A program made the position numbers and the translations under genes. From NCBI GenBank assembly GCA_031371425.1, contig JANMJO010000109.1:1-40644 (forward strand): a stretch of DNA of 40,644 bases, given 5' to 3'. The DNA comes from Verrucomicrobiales bacterium. Its GTDB lineage: Bacteria > Verrucomicrobiota > Verrucomicrobiia > Limisphaerales > JAFMIX01. The notes beneath the pieces are model-generated. The model saw only the letters and a list, made by a program, of their open reading frames with translations. It was not told where the DNA came from and made no database searches. Each line of letters opens with the position of its first letter. Within the stretch, counting starts at the first letter, position 1. Shown in pieces: positions 7,689 through 16,858 of this stretch.

Positions 7689-7748
7689 ATAATCGTAATC
7701 TTGCTCGTAATCTTAATCTCTTCCCGAACGGAATAAGATTACGATTAT
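7689..7748. repeat. Hexamer-unit palindrome (TAATCG/TAATCT), family B copy 1, between convergent genes
   Basis: ATAATCGTAATCTT (7689-7702) is the exact reverse complement of AAGATTACGATTAT (7735-7748). Confidence 0.75.
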
Positions 7749-7764
7749 CATGCAAACAAACACC

Positions 7765-8526
7765 TCACAAACCGGTGGGATGATCCAGAAATGTCCACGG
7801 CACTTGGAACTTCCGGGCGAGTTCCGCCGCGAGCGCCTTCACGCCGAACGTCTCCGTCGCGTAATGGCCGGCGTAGAAAACATTCAGCCCCAGTTCCTCC
7901 GCCAGCGCGTAGGTCCAATGCGCGCCCTCGCCGGTGATGAAGGTGTCCACGCCCTCGGCGGCGGCGAGTTTCAGTTCGTTGCCCGCGCCGCCGGTGACGA
8001 CGCCGATGCGCCGGCAACTGTCTTTTCCTCCGGGAATGAGCTTGGGTTTCGCGCCGGTTGCGCGAGCGAGGCGGGCGGCGAGTTCGTTGCGGGAAATTTT
8101 GGAGGTCGTCTGCAAACCAATCGGTTGGCCGTGGCTCTCGAAGAACGGTTTCAACTTTCTGAAACCCAGCGCGGCGCAAAGTTGCGCGTTGTTGCCGAGC
8201 CGGGGATGGGCGTCGAGCGGCAGGTGCGAGCTGTAAATGGCGAGGTTGTTTTCCAGCAGCAGGCGCAGTAGCTCTTGGCGTTTGCCTGTCCACGGATGCG
8301 AGGGCGACCAGAATAAGCCGTGATGCACGATCAGCAAGTCGGCGCGGGCGGCGATGGCGAGCTTCACGGTGGCGAGGCTGGCGTCCACCGTCGCGGCGAT
8401 GCGTGTGACCATGCCGGAGTTTTCCACTTGCAAGCCGTTCACCGCGCCGTCGTAGTCGCCGATGGCGGCGGTGCGGAGAATTTTATCGCAGTGTTTGACG
8501 ATGGCGGTGAGCGGGGCTTTTGGCAT
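7765..8526 (-). CDS. Nif3-like (YbgI/DUF34) dinuclear metal-centre protein
   Basis: NGLQV, LIVHHGLFW, HLPLDAHP..GNN, TFITGE, AGHYATETFGV. Confidence 0.94.
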   Translation of the reverse strand: MPKAPLTAIVKHCDKILRTAAIGDYDGAVNGLQVENSGMVTRIAATVDASLATVKLAIAARADLLIVHHGLFWSPSHPWTGKRQELLRLLLENNLAIYSSHLPLDAHPRLGNNAQLCAALGFRKLKPFFESHGQPIGLQTTSKISRNELAARLARATGAKPKLIPGGKDSCRRIGVVTGGAGNELKLAAAEGVDTFITGEGAHWTYALAEELGLNVFYAGHYATETFGVKALAAELARKFQVPWTFLDHPTGL

Positions 8527-8606
8527 GGGGCGATGAAACCAGATTTATTCCGGCGCGCAAAGCGGGAATGTCCGGGAATGTCCGGGGTCGGCAAGGTGGA
8601 GCGTGT

Positions 8607-8729
8607 ATCTGGACACTGCCCGCGAAACGAACGGGCGGGCCGTTTGGAGTTCCGCGTTTACGCGGCTTGGCGTGGCAATCCGCGCAAGCCGCCTGAAGGC
8701 GGAACTCCAAACGGGGGCAGTGTCAAGAT
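8607..8729. repeat. Nested palindromic element: outer IR enclosing a REP doublet
   Basis: Outer ATCTGGACACTGCCC (8607-8621) / GGGCAGTGTCAAGAT (8715-8729); inner CCGTTTGGAGTTCCGC...GCGGCTTG / CAAGCCGC...GCGGAACTCCAAACGG (8640-8714). Confidence 0.8.
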
Positions 8730-8812
8730 GTGCTCGGCAAGGTGAAGTAAAAATCTGTGGGTGTGAAAAATCGTGCATCCGGGCGGCGACGTTTTATCAT
8801 GCGGGCTGATCC

Positions 8813-9601
8813 GTGAATAAGACTGTTACAACTGAAGCTGGCGAACCGGCGGTGGGTTGCGTGCTGGGCACGCGGCTGGCGTTGACGGATTACGCGGGGC
8901 TGGCGGCGTTCTGTCTGGAGCGTTCGCTGTCGGCGGGGCCGGTGGCGGTGGATTTTTCAAACACGCATGTGGTGACGTTGCGGCGGCATGATGCGGTGTT
9001 CCGGGCGGTGACGGATTGCTTTGACTGGTTCGCGCCAGACGGGATGCCGCTGGTGTGGTGCTTGAATTGGCGCGGGGCGAAGCTGCGCGACCGGGTTTAT
9101 GGGCCGACGTTCCTGCGGCGTTGCGTGGCGAACAGTCCGGCGTCGGTGCGCCATTATTTTCTGGGCGGTTCGGCGGAGTGTCTGGCGGCGTTGCAGGATT
9201 TTTTGAGGAAGGAAAATCCGGCGTTGCAGATCGTGGGGGCGCGGGACGGGTATTTTGCGCCGGAGGAAGAGGTGGGGATTGTGGATGAGATCAACGAGCT
9301 TTCGCCGGATTTCATCTGGGTGGGGCTTGGCACGCCGAAGCAGCAGGAGTGGATTCGCCGGCACAAGTCGGACATCCGGCGCGGGGTGATTTTCGCGGTG
9401 GGGTTCGCGTTCGATGTGAACGCGGGGATGAAGCCGGACGCGCCGGCGTGGATGCAGCGGTGGGGGTTGACGTGGGTGTTCCGGCTGGCGAGCGAGCCGG
9501 GGCGGCTGCTGGGTCGGTATGTGAAATACAATTCGCTGTTCCTGTTTTATCTGTTGTGGGACGGTGTGCGCGGCGGGGCGAAGATTGAGCCGAAGCGCTG
9601 A
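8813..9601 (+). CDS. WecB/TagA/CpsF family glycosyltransferase
   Basis: PDGMPLVW, DRVYGP, HYFLGG, WVGLGTPKQQEW, APAWMQRWGLTWVFRLASEP.RL..RY. Confidence 0.93.
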   Translation: MNKTVTTEAGEPAVGCVLGTRLALTDYAGLAAFCLERSLSAGPVAVDFSNTHVVTLRRHDAVFRAVTDCFDWFAPDGMPLVWCLNWRGAKLRDRVYGPTFLRRCVANSPASVRHYFLGGSAECLAALQDFLRKENPALQIVGARDGYFAPEEEVGIVDEINELSPDFIWVGLGTPKQQEWIRRHKSDIRRGVIFAVGFAFDVNAGMKPDAPAWMQRWGLTWVFRLASEPGRLLGRYVKYNSLFLFYLLWDGVRGGAKIEPKR

Positions 9602-9612
9602 ATCGCGGTCGA

Positions 9613-10581
9613 ATGGAAAACAAAATCGGGATGGAATCTGAAACCAAAAAAACGGCGGGCGGCGAGAAGCCGTTCCGCGTGGAGTTCGCGGAGTGCTGGC
9701 GCGCGATGCCGGACAAGGGGTTGTTCCTGGCGCTGCTGGCGGCGTGGCTGGGGCTGTTTCACTGGCTGGGAAACTCGGCGGCGGGTTACACGAAGACGAC
9801 GTCGCTGTTCGGATGGATGTTTCATGTGTATTCAAATTCGGTGGATGACGAGCACGGGCAACTGGTGCCGTTCGTGGTGCTGGGGTTGTTGTGGTGGAAA
9901 CGGGGGGAGTTATTGGCGGTGAACAAGGCGGTGTGGTGGCCGGCGCTGGGATTTGTGGTGGCGGGGCTGGGGCTGCACTGGTTCGGGTTTGCGATCCATC
10001 AGCCACGGGTTTCCATCGCGGGATTTTTTCTGGGGCTTTACGCGCTGACGGGGCTGGTGTGGGGTCGGGGCTGGTTGCGGGCGAGTTTCTTTCCATTTTT
10101 CCTGTTCGTGTTCTGTGTGCCGCTGGCGACGGTTTCGGAGGCGGTGACTTCGCCGCTGCGGATTCTGGCGACGTGGCTGACGGTGGGGGTGGCGCGGGTG
10201 GCGGGGGTGGATGTGATCCGCTCGGGGTCGCAGATTTATGACGCGGGTCGGACGTTCCTGTATGACGTGGCGCCGGCGTGCAGCGGGATACGGAGCATCA
10301 TCTCGCTGGTGGCGGTGACGACGATTTATGGTTTCATGCAGTTCGGGCAGCCGTGGCGTCGCGGTGTGATGATTGCGGCGGCGTTGCCGCTGGCGTTGCC
10401 GCTGGCGTTGGCGGGGAATGTGGTGCGGTTGACGACGGTGATTTTGACGGCGGAGGTTTTCGGGCAGGAGGCGGGGGCGTGGGTGGAGCAGAAGCTGGGG
10501 CTGGTGACGTTTGTGGCGACGGTGGGCTGCGTGTTTTTGCTGGGGCGGTGGTTGCGGGAGAAGCGGGAGGAGACGATATGA
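9613..10581 (+). CDS. Exosortase (EpsH family)
   Basis: Multi-TM protein with DDEHGQLVP, VAPACSGIRS (catalytic Cys) and GNVVR (Arg); coupled to an EpsI-like gene. Confidence 0.9.
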   Translation: MENKIGMESETKKTAGGEKPFRVEFAECWRAMPDKGLFLALLAAWLGLFHWLGNSAAGYTKTTSLFGWMFHVYSNSVDDEHGQLVPFVVLGLLWWKRGELLAVNKAVWWPALGFVVAGLGLHWFGFAIHQPRVSIAGFFLGLYALTGLVWGRGWLRASFFPFFLFVFCVPLATVSEAVTSPLRILATWLTVGVARVAGVDVIRSGSQIYDAGRTFLYDVAPACSGIRSIISLVAVTTIYGFMQFGQPWRRGVMIAAALPLALPLALAGNVVRLTTVILTAEVFGQEAGAWVEQKLGLVTFVATVGCVFLLGRWLREKREETI

Positions 10582-11306
10582 CGCGGCAGAAATTATTTTT
10601 ATTGGTGGTGGTGCTGGGGTTGGTTGGCGTGACGGCGGCGGGGCTGTTGCGGTTGCGGTCGGGGCAGCGGCTGGGTGCGCCGGGGGTGAGGACGCGGGTG
10701 GTGGCGGGTTCGGGGAATGTGGAGATTGCGCTGCCGTTGGCGGTGGCGGGGTTCACTTCGGAGGCGGTGGAGGCTGCGGCGGCGGTGACGAACACGTTGC
10801 CTGCGGATACGAGTTATGGGCAGCGGGTGTATCGGGCGGCGGATGGTTTTATTGCGCAGATGACGGTGGTGCTGATGGGGTCGGATCGTTCGAGCATGCA
10901 CAAGCCGCAGATTTGTCTGCCGGCGCAGGGGTGGAATATTTTTCAGACGGAGGTGGGGATGGTTACGGTGGAGCGGCCGGGGCGTTATGAGTTGCCGGTA
11001 ATCAAGCTGGTGGCGGCGAACGAGATCACGGTGGACGGGCAGCCGGTGGCGGCGCGTGGGGTCTATGTGTATTGGTTCGTGACGGAGGGTGAGTTGAGCG
11101 CGGACCCGAGCGGGTTGCGGCGGATGTGGCGGAGTATGGTGCATCTGCTGGCGACGGGGGAGATGCAGCGGTGGGCGTATGTAAGTGTGTTCGCGGTGTG
11201 CGAGCCGGGACGGGAGGAGGCGACGTATGGCAGGATGAAGGAACTCATCGCGGCGGCGGTGCCGGAATTTCAAGTGGCTGGCGGCAAGGCGGGGGCGGGG
11301 CGGTGA
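10578..11306 (+). CDS. Exosortase-associated EpsI family protein
   Basis: N-terminal TM anchor, HKPQICLPAQGW motif, VYVYWFV; ATG at 10578 overlaps the exosortase stop (ATGA). Confidence 0.85.
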   Translation: MTRQKLFLLVVVLGLVGVTAAGLLRLRSGQRLGAPGVRTRVVAGSGNVEIALPLAVAGFTSEAVEAAAAVTNTLPADTSYGQRVYRAADGFIAQMTVVLMGSDRSSMHKPQICLPAQGWNIFQTEVGMVTVERPGRYELPVIKLVAANEITVDGQPVAARGVYVYWFVTEGELSADPSGLRRMWRSMVHLLATGEMQRWAYVSVFAVCEPGREEATYGRMKELIAAAVPEFQVAGGKAGAGR

Positions 11307-11319
11307 TGGCCGGAGCAGC

Positions 11320-11386
11320 GTCTTAATCGTAATCGTAATCCTGGTTCTTGGCCGATTAAGATTAGGATTAGGATTAGGATTAAGAC
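11320..11386. repeat. Hexamer-unit palindrome, family B copy 2
   Basis: GTCTTAATCGTAATCGTAATCCT ... GATTAAGATTAGGATTAGGATTAGGATTAAGAC. Confidence 0.78.
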
Positions 11387-11407
11387 ACAACCAAGGCGGA
11401 GGTCGGT

Positions 11408-11436
11408 TTGCGTTCACGGGGCGAATCGCTTAGGCT
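11408..11436 (+). promoter_or_regulatory. Putative sigma70 promoter for the sugar transferase
   Basis: TTGCGT (11408-11413), 17 nt, TAGGCT (11431-11436), followed by an AT-rich leader to ATG 11466. Confidence 0.45.
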
Positions 11437-11465
11437 TTTTTGCGGGCGGAATTTTTTATAAAAGT

Positions 11466-12857
11466 ATGTTGCGGCGTCATCAACAGATACGGATGCAGAT
11501 CCAGCAGTTGCTGGATGCGTGTCTGTTTGCGGTGAGTTTCTGGCTGGCGTATGTGATCCGCTCGCATCCGCTGGTCATAGATTTTCTGGCGTTGCCGGGG
11601 GTGGCGCCGTTCGAGTCGTTCGTGAGTTTTTATCTGGTGCTGATTACGATGGTGCCGCTGGTGCTGGACAGCCAGGGTTTCTACAACCGCTCGGTGGTGG
11701 CGCCGCGGCGGATGATGTTTTGGCCGTTGTTGAGGGGTTGTTTTTTGGTGGCGCTGGGTCTGACGCTGCTGCTGTTTTTCTTCCGGATGTATCTGCCGCG
11801 GTCGGTGATTTTCGGGTTCGGTGTTTTAAGTTTTACGACGGTGTGGTTGAAGGAGGAGATTCTGCGGCTGGGGTTCAAGACGAAGTTCACGCAGGCGCAA
11901 CTGCGGCGGCGGTTCGTTCTGATGGGGCCGCCGGCGGAGACGGCGCTGATGCGGGCGGCGATCCGGTCGCATCCAGACGAGAACATGGTGATTCTGGCGG
12001 AGCTGGACCTGACGGCGACGCCGGTGGCGGGGCTGGTGGCGCTGCTGCATGAGCATTCGGTCAATGGCGTGGTCTTGAGTGCGCGGCACGCGAATTTTGA
12101 GCAGGTGGAGGCGGCGATCCGGGCGTGTGAGATTGAGGGGGTGGAGGCGTGGCTGGTGGCGGATTTTTTCAAGACGCAGATTTCGAGGACGAGCTTCGAT
12201 GATTTTTTTGGGCGGCCGGTGATGGTGTTCCGCACGGCGCCGGAGGCGTCGTGGCAGGGGGTTTTGAAGGAGGCGATGGATTTGATGGGGTCGTTCCTGA
12301 TGCTGGCGGTCGCGGCGTTGCCGATGGGGGTGATTGCGGTGCTGATCAAGGTGACGTCGCCGGGGCCGGTGTTTTTCCGTCAACAGCGGGCGGGGCTGAA
12401 CGGGCAGCCGTTCACCATGTATAAGTTTCGCACGATGGTGACGAACGCGGAGCAGTTGCAGCATGAGTTGGCGGCGTTGAACGAGATGTCCGGTCCGGTG
12501 TTCAAGGTGAGCAACGATCCGCGCGTGACGCGCATGGGGAAATTTCTCCGCAAGTTCAGCTTGGATGAATTTCCGCAACTGCTGAACGTGTTGCGCAGTG
12601 AGATGAGCTTGGTGGGGCCGCGGCCGTTGCCGGTGCACGAGGTGGCGCGGTTTGATGATGTGGCGCATCGCCGGCGGTTGAGTGTGAAGCCGGGGCTGAC
12701 GTGTCTGTGGCAGGTGCGCGGGCGCAACGAGATTGTGAAGTTCGAGGACTGGGTGCGGCTGGATTTGGAATATATTGACCAATGGTCGCTCTGGTTGGAC
12801 ATCAAAATTCTGTGCCGCACCGTCCCGGCGGTGTTCGCGGGGACGGGCGCGAGTTGA
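11466..12857 (+). CDS. Priming polyprenyl-phosphate glycosylphosphotransferase (WcaJ/WbaP family)
   Basis: Four N-terminal TMs, then SPGPVFFRQQR.G.NG.PF.MYKFRTM, DPRVT..G.FLRK.SLDEFPQL.NVL..EMSLVGPRP, VKPGLTCLWQV. Confidence 0.94.
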   Translation: MLRRHQQIRMQIQQLLDACLFAVSFWLAYVIRSHPLVIDFLALPGVAPFESFVSFYLVLITMVPLVLDSQGFYNRSVVAPRRMMFWPLLRGCFLVALGLTLLLFFFRMYLPRSVIFGFGVLSFTTVWLKEEILRLGFKTKFTQAQLRRRFVLMGPPAETALMRAAIRSHPDENMVILAELDLTATPVAGLVALLHEHSVNGVVLSARHANFEQVEAAIRACEIEGVEAWLVADFFKTQISRTSFDDFFGRPVMVFRTAPEASWQGVLKEAMDLMGSFLMLAVAALPMGVIAVLIKVTSPGPVFFRQQRAGLNGQPFTMYKFRTMVTNAEQLQHELAALNEMSGPVFKVSNDPRVTRMGKFLRKFSLDEFPQLLNVLRSEMSLVGPRPLPVHEVARFDDVAHRRRLSVKPGLTCLWQVRGRNEIVKFEDWVRLDLEYIDQWSLWLDIKILCRTVPAVFAGTGAS

Positions 12858-12931
12858 AATCCGCATTGCGAAACCCTCGCCGCGCAGGAATACTGCGTGC
12901 GGTGAAAATCAACCCTTCAATTTTGTAACTC

Positions 12932-13894
12932 ATGGCAAAGAAAACGCGCTCCACTTCCAAGCAGCCCACGTCGGTCGTCACCGGCGCCGCCGGATTTCTC
13001 GGCTCTCACTTGACCGACTTGCTGCTGTCGCGCGGCCACAAGGTCATCGGCATGGACAATTTTGTGACGGGCTCGGTGGACAACATCGCGCATCTCGGTG
13101 GGAATAAGAATTTCAAGTTCGTGGAGCAGGACGTGACGGAATTTATTTTTCTGGATGTGCCGGTGGATTACATCTGGCATTTTGCGTCGCCGGCGAGTCC
13201 GATTGATTATTTGGAATTGCCGATCCAGACGCTGAAGGTGGGTTCGCTGGGGACGCACAAGGCGCTGGGGTTGGCGCTGCAGAAGAAGGCGCGGTTTCTC
13301 ATCGCTTCCACGTCGGAGATTTACGGCGATCCGCTGGTGCATCCGCAGCCGGAGGAATATTGGGGCAACGTGAACACGATCGGGCCGCGCGGCTGCTATG
13401 ACGAGGCGAAGCGCTTTGCCGAGGCGATGACGATGGCCTACCACCGCGAGCACGGGGTGCAGACGCGCATCGTGAGAATCTTCAATACTTACGGCCCTCG
13501 GATGCGGTTGAACGATGGGCGCGTGGTGCCGGCGTTCGTCAGTCAGGCGTTGAAGAACAAGCCGGTCACGGTGTTCGGCAAGGGGCAGCAGACGCGGAGT
13601 TTTTGCTACGTGTCGGATTTGATCGAGGGGATTTACCGGTTGATGATGAGCGATTGCGACGAGCCTGTGAACATCGGCAATCCGACGGAGATGACGATGC
13701 TGGAGTTCGCGCGGGAAATCATCCGCGCCACCGGTTCGCGCAGCAAGGTGGTGTTCCGTCCGCTGCCGCAGGACGACCCGAAACAGCGGCGTCCGGTGAT
13801 CGCGCGGGCGAAGAAGGTGCTGGGTTGGTCGCCGAAGGTGACGCTGGCGGAGGGCTTGACGACGACGATTGAATATTTCCGGACGAAGGTGTGA
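12932..13894 (+). CDS. UDP-glucuronate decarboxylase (UDP-xylose synthase), extended SDR
   Basis: [63 protein letters not shown]. Confidence 0.92.
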   Translation: MAKKTRSTSKQPTSVVTGAAGFLGSHLTDLLLSRGHKVIGMDNFVTGSVDNIAHLGGNKNFKFVEQDVTEFIFLDVPVDYIWHFASPASPIDYLELPIQTLKVGSLGTHKALGLALQKKARFLIASTSEIYGDPLVHPQPEEYWGNVNTIGPRGCYDEAKRFAEAMTMAYHREHGVQTRIVRIFNTYGPRMRLNDGRVVPAFVSQALKNKPVTVFGKGQQTRSFCYVSDLIEGIYRLMMSDCDEPVNIGNPTEMTMLEFAREIIRATGSRSKVVFRPLPQDDPKQRRPVIARAKKVLGWSPKVTLAEGLTTTIEYFRTKV

Positions 13895-13942
13895 ATCCGC
13901 GCTGCGGCTGTCGGAAGGACACGGTTTTTGGCGAGTTTGGAT

Positions 13943-13971
13943 TTGACCGGTGGGTGCGAATGAAGTAACTA
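13943..13971 (+). promoter_or_regulatory. Possible promoter for the pilM cluster
   Basis: TTGACC, 17 nt, TAACTA; the -10 is imperfect. Confidence 0.3.
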
Positions 13972-14032
13972 CCACGGGCTAACGCTACGAGTCTTGGCCG
14001 AAGGATGGGCTGGCACACGGGGTGAAGAGAAA

Positions 14033-15898
14033 ATGCTGAATTTAAAATCATTTCTGGCGGTTGATTTCGGAGCGGGCAGCGTGAAGCTGGCCGAGTTCGA
14101 GGTCAACGAAGCCGGCGGATTGCGCCTCATGCAATACGGCATCGAGTCTCTCGGCTCGGAAGGGGCGCAGGAATCCACACGCGCCGCGGCCATACTCAAG
14201 GCGCTGCAAAAGCTACTTGCCGGCAAGGGCGTCAAATCCAAGGACGTCAATGTCTGCGCGGCGGGCTTCCAGGTATTTTCCAAGTTCGTCAAGCTGCCGC
14301 CTGTCGAGGCGAGCAAGGTCACGCAGATCATCCAATACGAGGCGCAGCAGAACGTGCCGTTCCCGCTGGCCGAGGTGGTGTGGGATTACCAGATCATGGG
14401 CGCGCTGCCGAGCGGCGAGCTGGAGGTGTTGCTGGTGGCCATCAAGGCGGACGTGGTGGAGGGGTTGTTCAAGGTGGCGGAGGCTGCGGGGCTGCGGTTG
14501 CAGGTGGCGGATGTCTCGCCGGCGGCGCTGTGCAACGCGTTCCGATATAATTACGGCGACCTCGAAGACTGCACCATGCTGTTGGACATCGGCGCGAAGA
14601 CGAGCAACCTGCTGTTCTTCGAGAAGGGCAAGGTTTTCTCCCGCAGCATCAACATCGGCGCGAATTCCATCACGCAGGATTTCAGCAACGAAGGCAAACT
14701 GCCGTTCGCCGAGGCCGAGAAGCTCAAGATCACCGAAGGCTTCGTGAGCCTTGGTGGCGCGTATGCCGAGCCGGAGAACCCGCACCAGGCAGCCATCTCC
14801 AAGATCGCGCGGCAGTTCATGACGCGGCTGCACATTCAGGTCAACCAGACCATGCAATTTTATCGGGGACAGCAGGGCGGTTCGGCGCCGGTGCGGCTGT
14901 TCCTCTCCGGCGGGGCTTCGATCATGCCCTACACGGCGCAGTTTTTTGCGGAGAAGCTCAACGTGCCGGTGGAATATTTCAACCCGCTGCGCAACGTGCA
15001 GCTCGACCCCGGCCTGAATCTGGAGGAGCTTGCGCGCGTGGCTCATTCGCTGGGGGAAGTCGTGGGCCTCGGCCTGCGCAACTTGGCGCATTGCCCGGTG
15101 GAATTGAACCTCATGCCGGAGAGCACGCTGCGGTGGCAGAGTTTCAACCAGAAAAAACCTTACCTCATCGCCACCGTGTTCAGCTTGGTGCTGGTGGTGT
15201 TCGCGAGCGGCTGGCTCTTTGGCAAATTGGCCGAGGTGAAGCAGGATGAAATCACGAAGCTGGGGGATGGCAAGGATGGCATCCCGGCACTTCAAGCCAG
15301 GGCGGAGAAGTTCCGCAAGGCGTATCATCAGGATCTGGCCAAGGCCAGGTCGCAGGCCAACCAGGTCGCGGACTGGATTGAAGCGCGGTTTTTCTGGGTG
15401 GACACATGCCGGGCCATGCGCGCCGCCTTCATCGCTGCGGAAGCCAAAACCAAGGTCAAAATCGGCAGGGACACCGGCGTGTGGATTGAAAGCATGATGC
15501 TGGCGAATGGCGAACAGCCAGGAGCCGCCCCCGCCATGCCAGTCGGAGTGCCGATGAACATGGGTTTACGCAGAATACCGCCGGGAATGCCTCCCCAAGC
15601 GGGCATGTTGCCCGAACCAGGAATGGCGCCCGACCCGGGAATGGCGCCACCGGTGGAAGTCGCGCCTGCGCGGGCGTCTGGAGCGGAGACAAACCAGATG
15701 GTCATCACATTGAATTGCCGTGCGGTGAGCCTGAACTCAGAAGAGGCTAACAAAAATCTGGCCTATACGCTTTTGAGCGAGCTGGAGACCAACCCTCTTT
15801 TCAAATCCGCCAAGACGCAGGAAACGAAGGCGGACGATGCGACGGGCACGTTCACATTTACCGTCGCCTTGAAACTCAAGACACCGCTGAAATTCTAG
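14033..15898 (+). CDS. pilM: Type IV pilus PilM actin-like ATPase domain fused to a PilN-like TM/periplasmic part (Amuc_1101-like)
   Basis: LAVDFGAGSVKL, YEAQQNVPFPL.EVVWDYQ, LLDIGAKTSN, LFLSGGAS, then the PilN-like ELNLMP motif, a TM helix and a periplasmic domain with a Pro/Met-rich insert. Confidence 0.9.
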   Translation: MLNLKSFLAVDFGAGSVKLAEFEVNEAGGLRLMQYGIESLGSEGAQESTRAAAILKALQKLLAGKGVKSKDVNVCAAGFQVFSKFVKLPPVEASKVTQIIQYEAQQNVPFPLAEVVWDYQIMGALPSGELEVLLVAIKADVVEGLFKVAEAAGLRLQVADVSPAALCNAFRYNYGDLEDCTMLLDIGAKTSNLLFFEKGKVFSRSINIGANSITQDFSNEGKLPFAEAEKLKITEGFVSLGGAYAEPENPHQAAISKIARQFMTRLHIQVNQTMQFYRGQQGGSAPVRLFLSGGASIMPYTAQFFAEKLNVPVEYFNPLRNVQLDPGLNLEELARVAHSLGEVVGLGLRNLAHCPVELNLMPESTLRWQSFNQKKPYLIATVFSLVLVVFASGWLFGKLAEVKQDEITKLGDGKDGIPALQARAEKFRKAYHQDLAKARSQANQVADWIEARFFWVDTCRAMRAAFIAAEAKTKVKIGRDTGVWIESMMLANGEQPGAAPAMPVGVPMNMGLRRIPPGMPPQAGMLPEPGMAPDPGMAPPVEVAPARASGAETNQMVITLNCRAVSLNSEEANKNLAYTLLSELETNPLFKSAKTQETKADDATGTFTFTVALKLKTPLKF

Positions 15899-15899
15899 C

Positions 15900-16853
15900 A
15901 TGGCCTGGATCAAACGAAATCTCTACTTCCTGATTGGCGGCATTGTCGCGCTGGTTCTGCTCGGCGCGGCGGTCTTCTATCTGGTCACCAAGAACCAGAT
16001 GAATAACGACCTTTCTGAAAAACTCGATGCGGCTTACGGGGAATTGACCCAGCTGAACCAGCAGAACCCTCATCCGGGCAATTCCAAGGTGGACAACATC
16101 AAGATTGCCAAAGAACAATCCGGGCGATTGACCAATTATGTCGGCCGTGCGGACCAGTTTTTTGGACGCATCCCCTCCATACCTGACAGCGGGGAGATCA
16201 CCGATGCCATTTTTGCCGCGCAGTTGAGCAAGACCATCGTAGAACTGCAGACCGCCGCCACAGCCGCCAGCGTCATCCTGCCCCCGCGCTATGATTTCTC
16301 CTTCAGCGCTATCAAATCCAAGATGGCATTCGCCACTGGCAGCCTCCATCCGCTGGCCGAGCAATTGGGCGAGGTGAAGGCCATCTGCGACGTTTTGTAT
16401 CGCGCAAAAATCAACGCCCTCGACAGTATCCGTCGCCGCCGCGTCTCTCCGGATGACAGAGAGCTGGCGGATTACACCGAGCTGCCAGCCACCACCAACG
16501 AACTGGCGGTGTTGACGCCGTATGAAGTCACATTCCGTTGTTTCAGCGGAGAGCTGGCCGAAGTGTTGAGGGGGTTTGCCTATTCTCCGAACGGATTCAT
16601 CGTCAAAACCGTTTCCATTGATCCCGCCTCAGCGTTGGCAGTCACGCCCGAAGTGCAAGCAGCGGTCCCCTCCACGATTTTTGCGGAATCACTAAGGAGG
16701 CGCAGCCCATTTGAGCCGGGAATCATGGCTCCCCCCGTGGTGCAGCCCATTGCTCCCGTGACGCCGACGGTGCGCGGCGGTTTGCAGACCTTCCTGAACG
16801 AGCGCCCGTTGAGAGTGAATCTGGTGATTGAACTGGTGAAATTGAAAAAATAA
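15900..16853 (+). CDS. PilO-like / Amuc_1100-like pilus-associated protein
   Basis: N-terminal TM (WIKRNLYFLIGG), coiled coil, YDFSFS, YEVTFRCFSGELAEVL..FA.S...FIVK; lies directly after pilMN. Confidence 0.72.
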   Translation: MAWIKRNLYFLIGGIVALVLLGAAVFYLVTKNQMNNDLSEKLDAAYGELTQLNQQNPHPGNSKVDNIKIAKEQSGRLTNYVGRADQFFGRIPSIPDSGEITDAIFAAQLSKTIVELQTAATAASVILPPRYDFSFSAIKSKMAFATGSLHPLAEQLGEVKAICDVLYRAKINALDSIRRRRVSPDDRELADYTELPATTNELAVLTPYEVTFRCFSGELAEVLRGFAYSPNGFIVKTVSIDPASALAVTPEVQAAVPSTIFAESLRRRSPFEPGIMAPPVVQPIAPVTPTVRGGLQTFLNERPLRVNLVIELVKLKK

Positions 16854-16858
16854 CCCGC

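Noticed and set aside
10278-10577. N-terminal 100 aa of the 342-aa ORF
   Set aside because: Off-frame overlap with the exosortase; the EpsI-like protein starts at the coupled ATG 10578.
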